This document shows, one piece after another, positions 1 through 10,662 of a stretch of 64,000 bases of DNA (positions within the stretch are counted from its first letter, which is position 1; every line of letters begins with the position of its first letter). This DNA is from Abditibacterium sp. (GTDB lineage Bacteria; Armatimonadota; Abditibacteriia; Abditibacteriales; Abditibacteriaceae). The notes below the pieces were generated by a model. The model was not told where the DNA came from. It did not search any database and saw only the letters and a program-made list of their open reading frames with translations. The stretch is from contig CBDASK010000003.1 in NCBI GenBank assembly GCA_965199495.1, forward strand, positions 3,712,001 through 3,776,000, read 5' to 3'. Position numbers and translations under genes: made by a program.

Positions 1-3000
1 TGAAACCTTTCCAATCCGAAGGAATCGCCGGATTGAGATGCAATTTATCGCCGCGTTTGTCGAAGCCCAAAACGCCCTCGACCCACACGCGATACATCCA
101 GCCGCACGAGCCGGTATACCACGACCAGCCACCGCGCCCGACCTGGCCCTCCAAATCGTAAACGTCCGCCGTCACGACGTATGGCTCGACCTTGTAAGTC
201 TGCACCGCTTGCGGCGTGCGCGCGTGCTGAACCGGGTTCATCAGGTTTAGCGTCTCGACCGCTTTGTCGCCGCGCCCCGCGAGCGCATAAGCGTAAGCGA
301 CCCAGCACGCGGCGTGCGTATATTGCCCGCCGTTTTCGCGCACGCCGGGCAGATAGCCTTTGATATATCCGGGGTCTTTCTCGGTATGGTCAAATGCGGG
401 CGTGAACAATTTAACGATTTTCTTTTCTTTGTCAATCAAATGCTGCTCGACCGCATCCATCGCCATACGCGAACGCGCGGCGTCGCCGCCGCCCGCGATC
501 ACGCTCCAACTTTGCGGCAACGAATCGATTTTGGCCTCGTCGCTGAGATGCGAACCCAACGGCGTGCCGTCGTCGAAATATCCGCGACGATAGTAAGCGC
601 CGTCCCACGCGTTCTTCTCGATGCTTTCGACGTAAGTTTGCGCGCGTTTGCGATAATCGCTCGCGAGCTTTTTCTCGCCGCGTGCATCGCAAATTTCGGC
701 GAAGCTGTTCAAAACGTCCACACAAAACCACCCTAACCACACGCTTTCGCCTTTGCCCTCGATGCCGACGCGATTCAAACCGTCGTTCCAATCGCCGCCG
801 CCAATCAACGGCAAACCATTCGGCCCACTCGTGCAGCCTTTCTCGATGGCACGGCGGCAATGCTCGAAAACGCTCGCTTTTTCTTCGGAAATTTGCGGCT
901 CGAAATACTTTTCGTGTTCGCCTTCGGCCAAAACGTCGGCGTGTAAAAACGGCACGACTTCGTCCAAAATCGCCGTGTCGCCCGTCACTTTGACGTATTG
1001 CGCCGTGCCATAAGGCAGGAACAACAAATCATCGGTAATCAGCGTGCGCACGCCCGCATCGCCGGGCGGATGCCACCAATGTTGCACGTCGCCTTCCTCG
1101 AATTGATGCGCGGCGCAGCGCAGAATTTGGTCGCGCGCGGCTTTGGGATATAGCGTGGTTAAGGCCAGCGAATCCTGCATTTGGTCGCGGTAGCCCCACG
1201 CGCCGCCGCTCTGATAAAACGCCGAGCGCGCCCAGATGCGGCAACTCAAAATTTGGTAGGGCAACCAACGGTTGATGAGGAAACTGACCGATTTGTCCGG
1301 CACCTCGACCTGTAAAGTGCTTTCCATGTCGTCCCACCAAGTGCGCGTGGCTGCCAAAGCGCGGTCGGCGCTGCCTTTGGCGCGGAAATCGTTGACGAGC
1401 GAGCGCACCTGTTCCACGCTGTCGGCTTCGCCCAACATAAACGTGACTTCGATGCTTTCGTTCGGCGCCAGTTCAACGGGCACTTGCAACGCGGCGCACG
1501 CATCTAATCCGGCGCCGACGCTGTTTTGTAGCCTCTTGCGGCGCAGCGAAAACGGGTTGATTGGCGAGCCGTTGCGTCCCAGAAATACCATGCGATCCGC
1601 CGTGAACGACTGCGGTTGGGGCGTCGCGCTGGCAAATGCCAGGCGATGCGGAAAGTTCGGATTATAAGCGTTGCGCGCCATTAACGCCGAACTCTGTGTG
1701 TCCCAACTGGTCACGATTTGCATGCGCGTCTCTTCGGCGTGCGTGCCCAGAATCCACTGCGCATACGAAGTCGCGCTCAACTTGCGCACGCGTCCGCTGC
1801 GGTTGGTCAGCTTCAACGTTTGCAAGCGAATCGGGCGTTTGGCGTCGTCCATCGGCACGAACGCGGTTAGCGTTTGCTCGATGCCGTGCGAAGAATGCTC
1901 GAACACCGAGTAGCCCTGACCGTGGCGTGCGCGATAGGCTTCGTTTTCGCGGATCGGCAGCGAAGTCGGCGTCCAAAACTCGCCGGTTTCTTCGTCGCGA
2001 ATGTAAATCGCTTCGTCGGCGGTATCCGAAACCGCGTCGTTGTTCCAAGGTGTAATGCGGTTCGCCTGCGAGTTGCCATACCACGCGAAACCCTGGCCCG
2101 CCTCGGATACTAAGGCGCCGAAATCTTCGTGCGCGAACACGTTAATCCACGGCGCCGGAGTCACATCATTCGGCCCCAGATAAATCGCGTATTCCTCGCC
2201 GTTTTGCGTGAATCCGCCCAATCCATTGAAGTAGGGCAACTCCATAAACGGCAGCGACAACGCGGTTTCGGTTCGCGTTTTCTCGGTCGGCACGAAGCGC
2301 GGCGGCGCATCCATGTCGTCGTTGACCAAGCCCAACTGCTGCGAAATGCCGCCGCGCGCCGCCACCAAAACCACGCGCGCCACGCTCAGCAAAAGCGTCA
2401 TATCTTCCGGCGGAATCGTATCTGCTGAGCGCAAAAACACGCCGCCCGGCTTTTCGGTGCCGGTATAAGGCGTCGAACCTTCGATGAGTCGGCGCAGCGT
2501 TTCGGTCAAGTCCTGCGCGTAGCCACCGGCCTGTTCGTTGACGATAACCAAATCCACTTTCATGCCGCGCACGCGCCAAAACGTGTGCGCGCGCAACGCC
2601 TGACGCACCACGATTAAATCGCGCGCGTTGTCAATGGCGACCAGCAAAATCGGCAAATCGCCCGAAATGCCATAGGCCCACAACCCGCTTTGCCCCTTGT
2701 CGTTGGCGCGAATGCGCGAGGCGGGCGCGCGTAGAGCCGCGTTGGGATACAATAAATAGCCGCCCAACTGCTGAAACGACTGCGCCTCGTCGGCCTTGAT
2801 TTGCAGATGATGCAGTTCCAATTGCGAATGCGTCCAAGCTAAATCGAACGCCCGCTCGCAGGCGCCAAAGTCGCCGTAACGCTCGATTAAACGATTGGCG
2901 TTCTCCTGCGAATCGGCGGCGCCCGTGACCCAGCAAATCTGAACGCGCTCGCCCGGCTTGAGCGTCGCCTCGCGGCGTAGCGAAAAGCACGGATCCAAAA

Positions 3001-6000
3001 CCGCGCCCGTCGTGCCCGACAATTGTCCGTCCAAAGCGACCGGATTGCGCGCGCTGCGCGTCCGTCCCAGGAACTGCAAGCGGTCGGTTTCCCACTGCGC
3101 CGCGCCCAACGGCTTCGACGTGGCTGTTAAGTGGACTGCCCAAACCGGCGTATCTTTGGGCTGACGCAAACGGCGCCACGCCAAAAGCGCCGCACGGTCT
3201 TCGATGACGCCGGTTTGAATGAACAACTTGTTGAACGCTGGATGCGCGCGGTCGGTGGCGTGCGGCGCGAGCGACAATTCGGCAAACGATGTCGCTTCGA
3301 CGCGCCGTTCGCGGCTCGAATGGTTGACGAGCGTTAAGCGGCGCACTTCGACGTTATCTTCGGGCGAAACGCAGATTTCCAGGCGCGATTCGATGTCGCT
3401 ATCGTAGCGGTCGAACTCGACTTTTTCCGGCTTGAAACTGACGCCCATGTTGCGCGCTTTACGTTTGAGAGGTTGGTGCGTCGCGCTCCACGTCAGGTTG
3501 GAATCGAGGTCGCGCAGATACAAGAATTGGCCCCAATTGTCGCGCGTTGGGTCGGCGCGCCAACGCGTGATCTCAAATTCGCCCCAACGCGAAAATCCCG
3601 CGCCCGCCGCCGTCATCATCACGTTGTAGCGCTCGCTGCCCAGCAAATGCGCGCGCACGGCGGGCGTATCGGGCGCCGTCGGGCGCTCGACGGCATCGCC
3701 GCCCAAATTCTCGACGTGCGTCGGGCGCACGTTGTTGGCCGATGGGTTTTCCAAAACCGGTGGCGCTTCGGGAATCTTCTCGAACAAAAGCGGCTCGGCG
3801 GCCTCGACGTAAACATCGGAGTGAAAGCGCCGCTGGACGGCGCCATCGCACAGCACGTTTTGCATCGCGAGCAGCGCCATGCCCTGATGGTGAACCATAA
3901 AGCAGCGCACGATGGCGCCGCGCTGATCTTTGGAGGCCGCGCGTCCTCCAACGCGCGCCAGTTCGCCGACATCGGCGGCGACGACCGAATCTTCGTCCAA
4001 ACGCTGGCGCGTAAAATCTATGGATTCGTAGAACCCATAATCGCCGCGCGCGCCGATTTTTTCCAATTCGCGCAGGTTCTTCAGCGACGCCTCGCGATTC
4101 ACCATCAGCGCCATCATCGTGGCGTAGGGCGCGATCACCAAATCCTCGTCCAAGCCGCGCTTGAGGCCCAGACCCGGCACGCCGAACGCTTTATATTGGT
4201 AGGTATTATTGGAGTCAATCGCCGAATACGCCGCTTCCGAAATGCCCCACGGAACCCTGCGCCGCGCGCCGTAGGCGATCTGAGCAGCCACGGCGACGTT
4301 CTCGGCGCGTTCCAACAGCGAATTATCGAACGCTTTCTGGAACAGCATCGGCATTAGATACTCGAACATCGTGCCGCTCCAACTCATCAATGCCGGGCCA
4401 ACCGGCGTTTGTCCAAATCTGCGCCCCAACGCCAGCCAATGCTCGGCGGGCACGTCGCCGCGCGCGACCGCGCAAAACGAGGCCAAACGGCATTCGGAGG
4501 CCAGCAAATCGTAGAACGAGGTGTCCAACTGTTGCGATTCGACGTTAAATCCGATCGAGAACAATTTGCGCTGTTGGTCGAACAAAAAGCCCATCTTCAT
4601 TTCGCCCGCGATGCCGCGCGAACGGTCAATTACGTCGTCGCATTTGCCCAGCATTTCGCCCGCCAACCAGCGCGCGTTGTCCCATTCGTCGGCGATTTTC
4701 TGCGCCCATTCGCGCACCGGTTCGGGGGTTTGTGGCAAATGACGGCGCTCCAACAATTCGTTTAAACGCCCGGCTTCGCCACGCGCCAATTCGGTCAGCG
4801 ACGGCGAAAGCTCGAAGATTTCGCGCCGCAAATCGGGCGCGTCGGCGCCCAGTGATAATAGAAATTCGTCGGCGGGTTGCGCCAATATTTCGAGCCATTT
4901 GCCATAGCGCGAAACGCTTTGCATCCATAGTTCCAATTGCGTTTCGAGTTGCGCCGCCCAATACGAAACCGGCGTGATAGTAAAGCGTGGGTCGGTCGTG
5001 CCCGCATCCAGATTGGAGCGCGAACGCTGGCTGGCGCGGCGCGGCAATTCGCGCATCGAAAGCGAGCGGCTGAGCGCGACAATCGGCGCTTCCAAGCGGC
5101 GCAACGTCTCGAAAATATCGCGCTGCGAACCGTGCGGCGCCCCGGCCAACTGGCGAATTTCGCTCAGTTCCGCCTCAAACGTCGCGCGCTCATCGCCCAG
5201 CGCGTTTTCCAGCAAATTCAAAACATCGAGCAAGCCGCTCAACGATTTGCCGGTAAACATCGGCGCGCGATACAATTCTTTCATCGAGCGTGCCATCGTC
5301 CACAAACTGCCCAGCAAGTTGCCCGAATCTACGGTCGAAATGTAGCGCGGCAACAACGGTTTTGCGTCGAGGGAGCCATACCAGTTGTAGAAATGGCCCT
5401 GAAACTTCTCCATTTCGTCGAAAGTCTGCAACGTCTGGTGCGCGCGTTCGGCGACTTCATCCAACGTCAGCCAACCGAAATCGCGCGCTGCGACACACGC
5501 CAAAAGCCACAATCCCATGTTGGTCGGCGAAGTCCGTTGCGCAATTTCAACATTCAAGGCTTCCTGGTAGTTATCGGGCGGCAACCAATTGGTCTGCGGC
5601 CCGACGAAATCGTCGAAATAGCGCCACGTTTGCCGCGCGATGGCGCGCACATACGTTTCATCTTCGCGCCCAATTGCGTCGGTCTGGCGTTCTTCGCGCC
5701 CGCCCGCCAGCCACCAAATCGCCAAAGGCGCGACCGCCCACGCCAACAGATACGGCGACGCCGCGATAATCGCCGTGGCTCCGCGTTGCATCACGGCCAA
5801 AGCGATGGCGCCTGACAGCGCCGAGCCGCTCGCCATGCGCAACATAAACGCGACTTCTCCGGCGCTGCCGCCTCGGTAAGTCGAGGCGGCGGTCTGCCAT
5901 TCGAGCATCAATTTGCGCGACACCGATTTGCGAAACAGCGAGCGTCCGATGGCATCCAATGACATTCCGGCGCGATGCAAAAGCAGCGAAGTCTCGATGG

Positions 6001-9000
6001 CCGCGCGAATCAAACCGCGCCCGATTTCGTGGCGCCCGCGCAAAATCCGGTCGGGCCGCGTCGTCAAACGCGTGAAAACGTTAATCGCCGTCGGCCACAA
6101 AACCAGACCGGCCACGCCCGCCGAAGCAGCCACGGCGGCGGGGCCACCCGCCAGCCAGCCGCCAATTAAGAGCGCCACGCTGGCCGGAGCCAAGAGCGAA
6201 CGGCGCAGATTATCGGCGACCTTCCAACGGTTGAACCGCGAAAGCGGATTCTTCTCGCGCCCACGCGGCGTCGGAACCGAGCCAAATGCCCAGTCCGCGA
6301 TCTGCCAATCGCCGCGCATCCATCGGTGATCGCGCTTGAGCGACGCCTGATATTGCGGCGGAAAATCGTCCAACAGAACAATGTCCGAAGCCAAACCAAC
6401 GCGAACGTGCGCGCCTTCGATCAAATCGTGACTTAAAAGCGTCGCGTCGGGAAAACGGTTGCCTAAAACGCGCTCGAAAACTTCCAGATCGTAGATGCCT
6501 TTGCCGTGATACGAACCCTCGCCAAACGCGTCCTGATAAACATCCGAAACCACGTTGGTGTAGGGATCGAGGCCCGACGCCGTCGAGAACAAACGCGAGT
6601 AACGCGTCGCCATCGCGCTTGGTAACATCGTGTCCACGCGTGGCTGAATTAAGGTATAGCCGCGCTCGACCAAGCCATCTTTGCCGATATGCGGACGGTT
6701 AAGCGGATGGGCAATCGCCTCGATCATGCGGCGCGCGGCGCCGTAGGGCATCTGCGTGTCGGCGTCGAGCGTGATGACGAATTTGATGCCGTCCAACTCG
6801 CCCGGCTCGCCTTCGACGACGTGCATCTGTTCGGGCGATGGGTTGCGCGCCCCCAGCAAGTAGCGGTTGAACTCTTCCAATTTGCCGCGTTTGCGCTCCC
6901 AGCCCATCCAGCGTTCTTCGGTTTCGCTCCAACGGCGCTCGCGGATAAACAGGAAAAATTGCGGCCCATATTGCGCGTTGAGATTGGCAATCGCCGCGCG
7001 CGCCGCTTCCAAACGCTCGGCGTCGTCGGCGGTCTGGCGCGACTGGGCGTCGGTGTAATCGGCCAAAAGCGCGTAACGCAAATTCGGGTCGGTGTTGGAC
7101 AGATAATGAATTTCCAATTGCCGCGCGTTCTCGACGCCATCTTCGGCGCTGCCCAAAAGCATCGGAATCGCGATGATGGTTTTCCAGCGATTGGGAATTC
7201 CGTCTTTGAATTCCATCTTGGGCAGTGCCCGTGGCTGCATCAAACGCGTGACCGCGTAGTTGACGACTTGCGTCGCGACTTCGGACGAGGGCAAAAACGA
7301 CAAAACTCGGAGCGGCCACGGCAACGCGCCGCCGACGGCGCGCGCGAAGCGTTCGATGGCCCACATCGCCGCGCCCGTCCCCAAAGTGACGCCCGCGAAA
7401 TACCACGCGCCGGGCCGGTAGCGCAACCAGCGCCGCCATTTTCCGGCGACGGTGTTGCGAAATCCAATCGAAAGTTCAAATGGCACGCGTCCGTCATCTA
7501 TTAAGTAGTAGCCGACGTGGCTGACTGGCTGGTAAATCAAAGTTTCGTGTTCGCGCTCGCCGTGCGAAGGCGCCGCGCGTTGCATCCGCTCGCGCCCGGC
7601 GAGGGCCGCCGTTTGCACCACGCGCTGCGAAATCGTGATTTCGCCCAATTCAGAGTGGCGCGCCAACTTCTCGATTTTTTTGCGATAACGGTCGCGCGTG
7701 GCAAAATCCATCGAGCGATAAACGCCCGCTGGGTCTTGCGACAGAATTTGGTCAACCAGACTCAACTGCTCAAAACACTCGCGCCAATCCAGATTGGCCA
7801 GAAAGCGCATCGTCGTGATCGCGTTGCCAATCGAAACCGCGTCAACCGCCTGACGCCGTTGCTCGCGCGATGTCAATTCGCCCAGCGGCGCCGACATTTT
7901 ACGCTCCAACCAACTGCGCACCGGCCCCAGCGCGGCCTCTTCGTCGAATAAATGCGAAACCAAGCGGTCGGCGAAATGCGGCGCGATTTTCTTTTGTTCG
8001 CGGGAAAGTTCCGCCAGAAGCGGCAGAATTTGATCGGGTTCGCGAAACGCCGCCGCGAGCAATCGGTTGGCCCAGAAATCCGAACGCTCGCGTTCGCGCT
8101 GGCGCTTGTCGGCCTGCGCGGTTAATCGGCGCAAATTTTCGATAATCGCCAGCCGCAGCATCAGCGGCAACGCCCACAGTTCGCCGGTTGTCAAGTTCGA
8201 GCCGCCCGCCTGATAATGATGAATAAACGAGACTAAAACCTCGCGGTCGAAGCGCCCATCGGTGGCGGCGACGAGTTCCGACGCCAGCAGATAAACGCGC
8301 GGCACTTGCGTATAACGACCGCTCGCGGCGGCGGGCAGTTCTCGCAAAAACTTGGGCGTCAGGTTGCGCTCGACATCCTTGATTTGCCCTTGCACGACAT
8401 AATTGTTATCCAGTAACCATTCCGCCGACAGCGAAACCGCTTGATCCAAACGCGCTGCTTCGGTCAAACCAGCGGCCACGCGCGCGATGATCACGCGATT
8501 TTCGCGCAGACGACTGAGCAAAAAAGTGCCATCGCTTTTGTGTGTTTTGCCATGACGCGCGCCCAGTTCGAGCGCCAAATCGCGCAATTGGTCGGCGTTT
8601 AAAACGTCGCGGCGTAGCGGCGCCTTGGTCAAGTCGAACGGGTCGGGCGCATTGCGTTCGAGGAAAACGGCGGGGCCGCCTTCGCCCTCGCGCAAAATGG
8701 CGAGCGCGTCTTTGAGATAATTGGATGGCGCGCGCACGATAACCAAAGTTTCGCCACCCATCACCGAATTGCGATAGCGATGCAACGTCGCATCGGGCAA
8801 GCGCGCTGCGCCGTGGCCGCTCAACACGTAACCGATGCCGCCGCCAACAATCGCGCCCGCGATGGGAAACGCCGGAGCAATCGAACGCGGCGCCTCGACC
8901 AAACGCCCGACCGCCACCGCGATGCCCGCGCCCATCGCAGCGCCCGCGCCCGCGCCTGTAATACGTGGCGCGCGGGGGCGCACCACGCGCGGCTGCGAAA

Positions 9001-9142
9001 CGCTATTTTTGTCGGTTTCGCGCTCGCCCGCCGCTCGCGTAATCAGCGCGATTTGCGTGTAACCTTGGCGCTGCAGATTGCCGTAAGCGGCCTGAGCCGC
9101 CGAGGCGTCGCCAAAAAATGCCAGAATAGAACCGTGTGTCAT
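1..9142 (-). CDS. ndvB: Cyclic beta-1,2-glucan synthase/phosphorylase (NdvB/ChvB/Cgs-type, GT84 + GH94), 3' end beyond window
   Basis: Manual translation from ATG 9142 gives MTHGSILAFF...SAEWLLDNNYVVQGQIKDVERNL. The same frame near position 1 reads YKVEPYVVTADVY...GRGGWSWYTGSCGWMYR (GH94 C-terminus). Both ends are in frame; the ORF track omits it because there is no stop in the window. Confidence 0.9.
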   Translation of the reverse strand, partial: MTHGSILAFFGDASAAQAAYGNLQRQGYTQIALITRAAGERETDKNSVSQPRVVRPRAPRITGAGAGAAMGAGIAVAVGRLVEAPRSIAPAFPIAGAIVGGGIGYVLSGHGAARLPDATLHRYRNSVMGGETLVIVRAPSNYLKDALAILREGEGGPAVFLERNAPDPFDLTKAPLRRDVLNADQLRDLALELGARHGKTHKSDGTFLLSRLRENRVIIARVAAGLTEAARLDQAVSLSAEWLLDNNYVVQGQIKDVERNLTPKFLRELPAAASGRYTQVPRVYLLASELVAATDGRFDREVLVSFIHHYQAGGSNLTTGELWALPLMLRLAIIENLRRLTAQADKRQRERERSDFWANRLLAAAFREPDQILPLLAELSREQKKIAPHFADRLVSHLFDEEAALGPVRSWLERKMSAPLGELTSREQRRQAVDAVSIGNAITTMRFLANLDWRECFEQLSLVDQILSQDPAGVYRSMDFATRDRYRKKIEKLARHSELGEITISQRVVQTAALAGRERMQRAAPSHGEREHETLIYQPVSHVGYYLIDDGRVPFELSIGFRNTVAGKWRRWLRYRPGAWYFAGVTLGTGAAMWAIERFARAVGGALPWPLRVLSFLPSSEVATQVVNYAVTRLMQPRALPKMEFKDGIPNRWKTIIAIPMLLGSAEDGVENARQLEIHYLSNTDPNLRYALLADYTDAQSRQTADDAERLEAARAAIANLNAQYGPQFFLFIRERRWSETEERWMGWERKRGKLEEFNRYLLGARNPSPEQMHVVEGEPGELDGIKFVITLDADTQMPYGAARRMIEAIAHPLNRPHIGKDGLVERGYTLIQPRVDTMLPSAMATRYSRLFSTASGLDPYTNVVSDVYQDAFGEGSYHGKGIYDLEVFERVLGNRFPDATLLSHDLIEGAHVRVGLASDIVLLDDFPPQYQASLKRDHRWMRGDWQIADWAFGSVPTPRGREKNPLSRFNRWKVADNLRRSLLAPASVALLIGGWLAGGPAAVAASAGVAGLVLWPTAINVFTRLTTRPDRILRGRHEIGRGLIRAAIETSLLLHRAGMSLDAIGRSLFRKSVSRKLMLEWQTAASTYRGGSAGEVAFMLRMASGSALSGAIALAVMQRGATAIIAASPYLLAWAVAPLAIWWLAGGREERQTDAIGREDETYVRAIARQTWRYFDDFVGPQTNWLPPDNYQEALNVEIAQRTSPTNMGLWLLACVAARDFGWLTLDEVAERAHQTLQTFDEMEKFQGHFYNWYGSLDAKPLLPRYISTVDSGNLLGSLWTMARSMKELYRAPMFTGKSLSGLLDVLNLLENALGDERATFEAELSEIRQLAGAPHGSQRDIFETLRRLEAPIVALSRSLSMRELPRRASQRSRSNLDAGTTDPRFTITPVSYWAAQLETQLELWMQSVSRYGKWLEILAQPADEFLLSLGADAPDLRREIFELSPSLTELARGEAGRLNELLERRHLPQTPEPVREWAQKIADEWDNARWLAGEMLGKCDDVIDRSRGIAGEMKMGFLFDQQRKLFSIGFNVESQQLDTSFYDLLASECRLASFCAVARGDVPAEHWLALGRRFGQTPVGPALMSWSGTMFEYLMPMLFQKAFDNSLLERAENVAVAAQIAYGARRRVPWGISEAAYSAIDSNNTYQYKAFGVPGLGLKRGLDEDLVIAPYATMMALMVNREASLKNLRELEKIGARGDYGFYESIDFTRQRLDEDSVVAADVGELARVGGRAASKDQRGAIVRCFMVHHQGMALLAMQNVLCDGAVQRRFHSDVYVEAAEPLLFEKIPEAPPVLENPSANNVRPTHVENLGGDAVERPTAPDTPAVRAHLLGSERYNVMMTAAGAGFSRWGEFEITRWRADPTRDNWGQFLYLRDLDSNLTWSATHQPLKRKARNMGVSFKPEKVEFDRYDSDIESRLEICVSPEDNVEVRRLTLVNHSSRERRVEATSFAELSLAPHATDRAHPAFNKLFIQTGVIEDRAALLAWRRLRQPKDTPVWAVHLTATSKPLGAAQWETDRLQFLGRTRSARNPVALDGQLSGTTGAVLDPCFSLRREATLKPGERVQICWVTGAADSQENANRLIERYGDFGACERAFDLAWTHSQLELHHLQIKADEAQSFQQLGGYLLYPNAALRAPASRIRANDKGQSGLWAYGISGDLPILLVAIDNARDLIVVRQALRAHTFWRVRGMKVDLVIVNEQAGGYAQDLTETLRRLIEGSTPYTGTEKPGGVFLRSADTIPPEDMTLLLSVARVVLVAARGGISQQLGLVNDDMDAPPRFVPTEKTRTETALSLPFMELPYFNGLGGFTQNGEEYAIYLGPNDVTPAPWINVFAHEDFGALVSEAGQGFAWYGNSQANRITPWNNDAVSDTADEAIYIRDEETGEFWTPTSLPIRENEAYRARHGQGYSVFEHSSHGIEQTLTAFVPMDDAKRPIRLQTLKLTNRSGRVRKLSATSYAQWILGTHAEETRMQIVTSWDTQSSALMARNAYNPNFPHRLAFASATPQPQSFTADRMVFLGRNGSPINPFSLRRKRLQNSVGAGLDACAALQVPVELAPNESIEVTFMLGEADSVEQVRSLVNDFRAKGSADRALAATRTWWDDMESTLQVEVPDKSVSFLINRWLPYQILSCRIWARSAFYQSGGAWGYRDQMQDSLALTTLYPKAARDQILRCAAHQFEEGDVQHWWHPPGDAGVRTLITDDLLFLPYGTAQYVKVTGDTAILDEVVPFLHADVLAEGEHEKYFEPQISEEKASVFEHCRRAIEKGCTSGPNGLPLIGGGDWNDGLNRVGIEGKGESVWLGWFCVDVLNSFAEICDARGEKKLASDYRKRAQTYVESIEKNAWDGAYYRRGYFDDGTPLGSHLSDEAKIDSLPQSWSVIAGGGDAARSRMAMDAVEQHLIDKEKKIVKLFTPAFDHTEKDPGYIKGYLPGVRENGGQYTHAACWVAYAYALAGRGDKAVETLNLMNPVQHARTPQAVQTYKVEPYVVTADVYDLEGQVGRGGWSWYTGSCGWMYRVWVEGVLGFDKRGDKLHLNPAIPSDWKGF

Positions 9143-9254
9143 AAAATCGAAAAAGTCGGCGCGTGCCAATTCTTTGGGTTCTTAGTATGAAAGGTAAGGC
9201 GCCGAAATGTGCGCGTTACAAATGAAAATCGTGCGCCTGAAGCGCTACGCGTTG

Positions 9255-9400
9255 AGGCGAATAAATTCGCAGCCACAATTAGGTGTCGGCCTGCGCCGAC
9301 ACGTCGCAACATGAACGAAGCAAAACGGCTCTTCGTTTAGTGTGTTCTCTTCGTGTCGGCGCAGGCCGACACCTAATTATGGCTGCGAATTTATTCGCCT
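9255..9400. repeat. REP-doublet (REPIN-like) inverted repeat upstream of Y1 transposase
   Basis: Arm AGGCGAATAAATTCGCAGCCACAATTAGGTGTCGGCCTGCGCCGACACG and its near-perfect reverse complement; each arm holds two small hairpins. Confidence 0.85.
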
Positions 9401-9410
9401 TTCTGCGCGA

Positions 9411-9419
9411 TGCTATAAT
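9411..9419 (+). promoter_or_regulatory. Extended -10 promoter element upstream of transposase
   Basis: TGCTATAAT (TGnTATAAT) about 30 nt before ATG 9449. Confidence 0.55.
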
Positions 9420-9448
9420 TCAACTCGTCCCCATTTCAAATTCAACTT

Positions 9449-9901
9449 ATGCCCAACACCAACAGGCGTCTCGTTCGCGGCGACAAAATTGAGATTTACG
9501 TTCACTTCATCTGGACGACTTTCGACCGGCAAGAATGGATCGCGCCTCATCTGGAGGCCGAACTCTTTCCGCTTATCAACGCGATGGGCCAGCGTCATGG
9601 TTGCAAAACGTTGGCGATTAACGGTGTCGAAGATCATCTGCATTGGCTGGTCAAGTATTCTTCCACCACGCTGACCTGCGATGTGGCCAAAGATTCCAAA
9701 GGCGCTTCTTCCAAATGGATGGGCGAGCAATTCGAATCGTTCAAGTGGCGCCCGACTTATGCGGCCTTTTCGGTCTCGCGCTGGAATGTGCGCAAAATCA
9801 TGAATTATATCGCGCGCCAGAAAGAACATCACGCTAATGGCACGACCGATAAACGGCTGGAAAGCGAGGACGAGTGGCTGGAAATCGCGGATGGGGAGTA
9901 G
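9449..9901 (+). mobile_element. tnpA: IS200/IS605-superfamily Y1 (HUH) transposase, probably REP-associated (RAYT-like)
   Basis: YVHFIWTT, HUH motif DHLHWL, FKWRPTYAAFSVS, catalytic Tyr in YIARQKEHH; flanked on both sides by the same palindromes; no tnpB. Confidence 0.85.
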
Positions 9902-10007
9902 GCGAATAAATTCGCAGCCACAGTTAAGTGTCCACCTTCGTGGACACGGAAAATGGGTGTGTCGGCGAAGGCCGACACTTAACTGTGGCTGCGAATTTAT
10001 TCGCCTA
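9899..10007. repeat. REP-doublet (REPIN-like) inverted repeat downstream of Y1 transposase
   Basis: TAGGCGAATAAATTCGCAGCCACAGTTAAGTGTC...GACACTTAACTGTGGCTGCGAATTTATTCGCCTA; begins at the tnpA stop codon; same family as 9255-9400. Confidence 0.85.
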
Positions 10008-10017
10008 AACTAACCCC

Positions 10018-10662
10018 GTGAATTTATCGCTCTTTGCCGATGATGCAGCCACGCCGCCTGTATCGCCGCTAAATCTGCCCAAACATCTGCTCGACATCAA
10101 TACGATTTATCACGAGCCGAACGTTTTCGAGTTCGCGCGCGGCAGAGAAATCCGCGCGTGTTTTCCCGACTCCAATCTCATCGAAGTGCCTTCGCACTGG
10201 CAAATTCCCGAACTTCATGGCGACGCCGCAAACGATGCCGATTGGCTCGGCATCAAGCGCGAAACTTTGGTTCTGGGCGTGCGCAAGGCGATGAAAATGG
10301 AAGCCAACACGCGTTCGAGCGATTGGATCGCGCCCGCCGTGGCTAACGGTTGCGCCAGCGCGTGCGCGTATTGCGTGGCGGCGGGTACGCTTATTTCGAC
10401 GCCACAAGGCCAAGTTCCCGTCGAGCAAATCGAGGATGAAGCCGAAGTAATCGCTTTCGATAGTTCTTCGGGACAACTCGCAACAGCTCGCGTTTGCGGG
10501 TTGGCTTCGCGGGAAGTAAGCGAAGTTCTCGAAATTGATCTTGGCGACCGAGTGCTTCGTGTAACGGCAGAGCATCCGCTTTGGACGCGTAGAGGCTGGG
10601 TAAAAGCCGGAGATCTAACTCCAGACGATGAAGTTCTGTGTGATGAAAGCAGCACAGAGTAA
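10018..10662 (+). CDS. splB: Spore photoproduct lyase family radical SAM protein, N-extein (118 aa) fused to split intein N-part (96 aa, 10372-10659)
   Basis: SPL-like N-terminus (IEVPSHWQIPELHG, SSDWIAP, ANGCASACAY), then intein block A CVAAGTLISTPQG and block B LRVTAEHPLWT...GWVKAGDLTPDDEV, then a stop. Confidence 0.9.
   Translation: MNLSLFADDAATPPVSPLNLPKHLLDINTIYHEPNVFEFARGREIRACFPDSNLIEVPSHWQIPELHGDAANDADWLGIKRETLVLGVRKAMKMEANTRSSDWIAPAVANGCASACAYCVAAGTLISTPQGQVPVEQIEDEAEVIAFDSSSGQLATARVCGLASREVSEVLEIDLGDRVLRVTAEHPLWTRRGWVKAGDLTPDDEVLCDESSTE

Noticed and set aside
38..9190. Dozens of short and medium ORFs on both strands in the first 9 kb
   Set aside because: They are shadows of the single minus-strand ndvB frame, which the ORF track missed because it has no stop in the window.
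9255..10007. Possible CRISPR array
   Set aside because: The repeats are inverted pairs rather than direct repeats with unique spacers; no cas genes.
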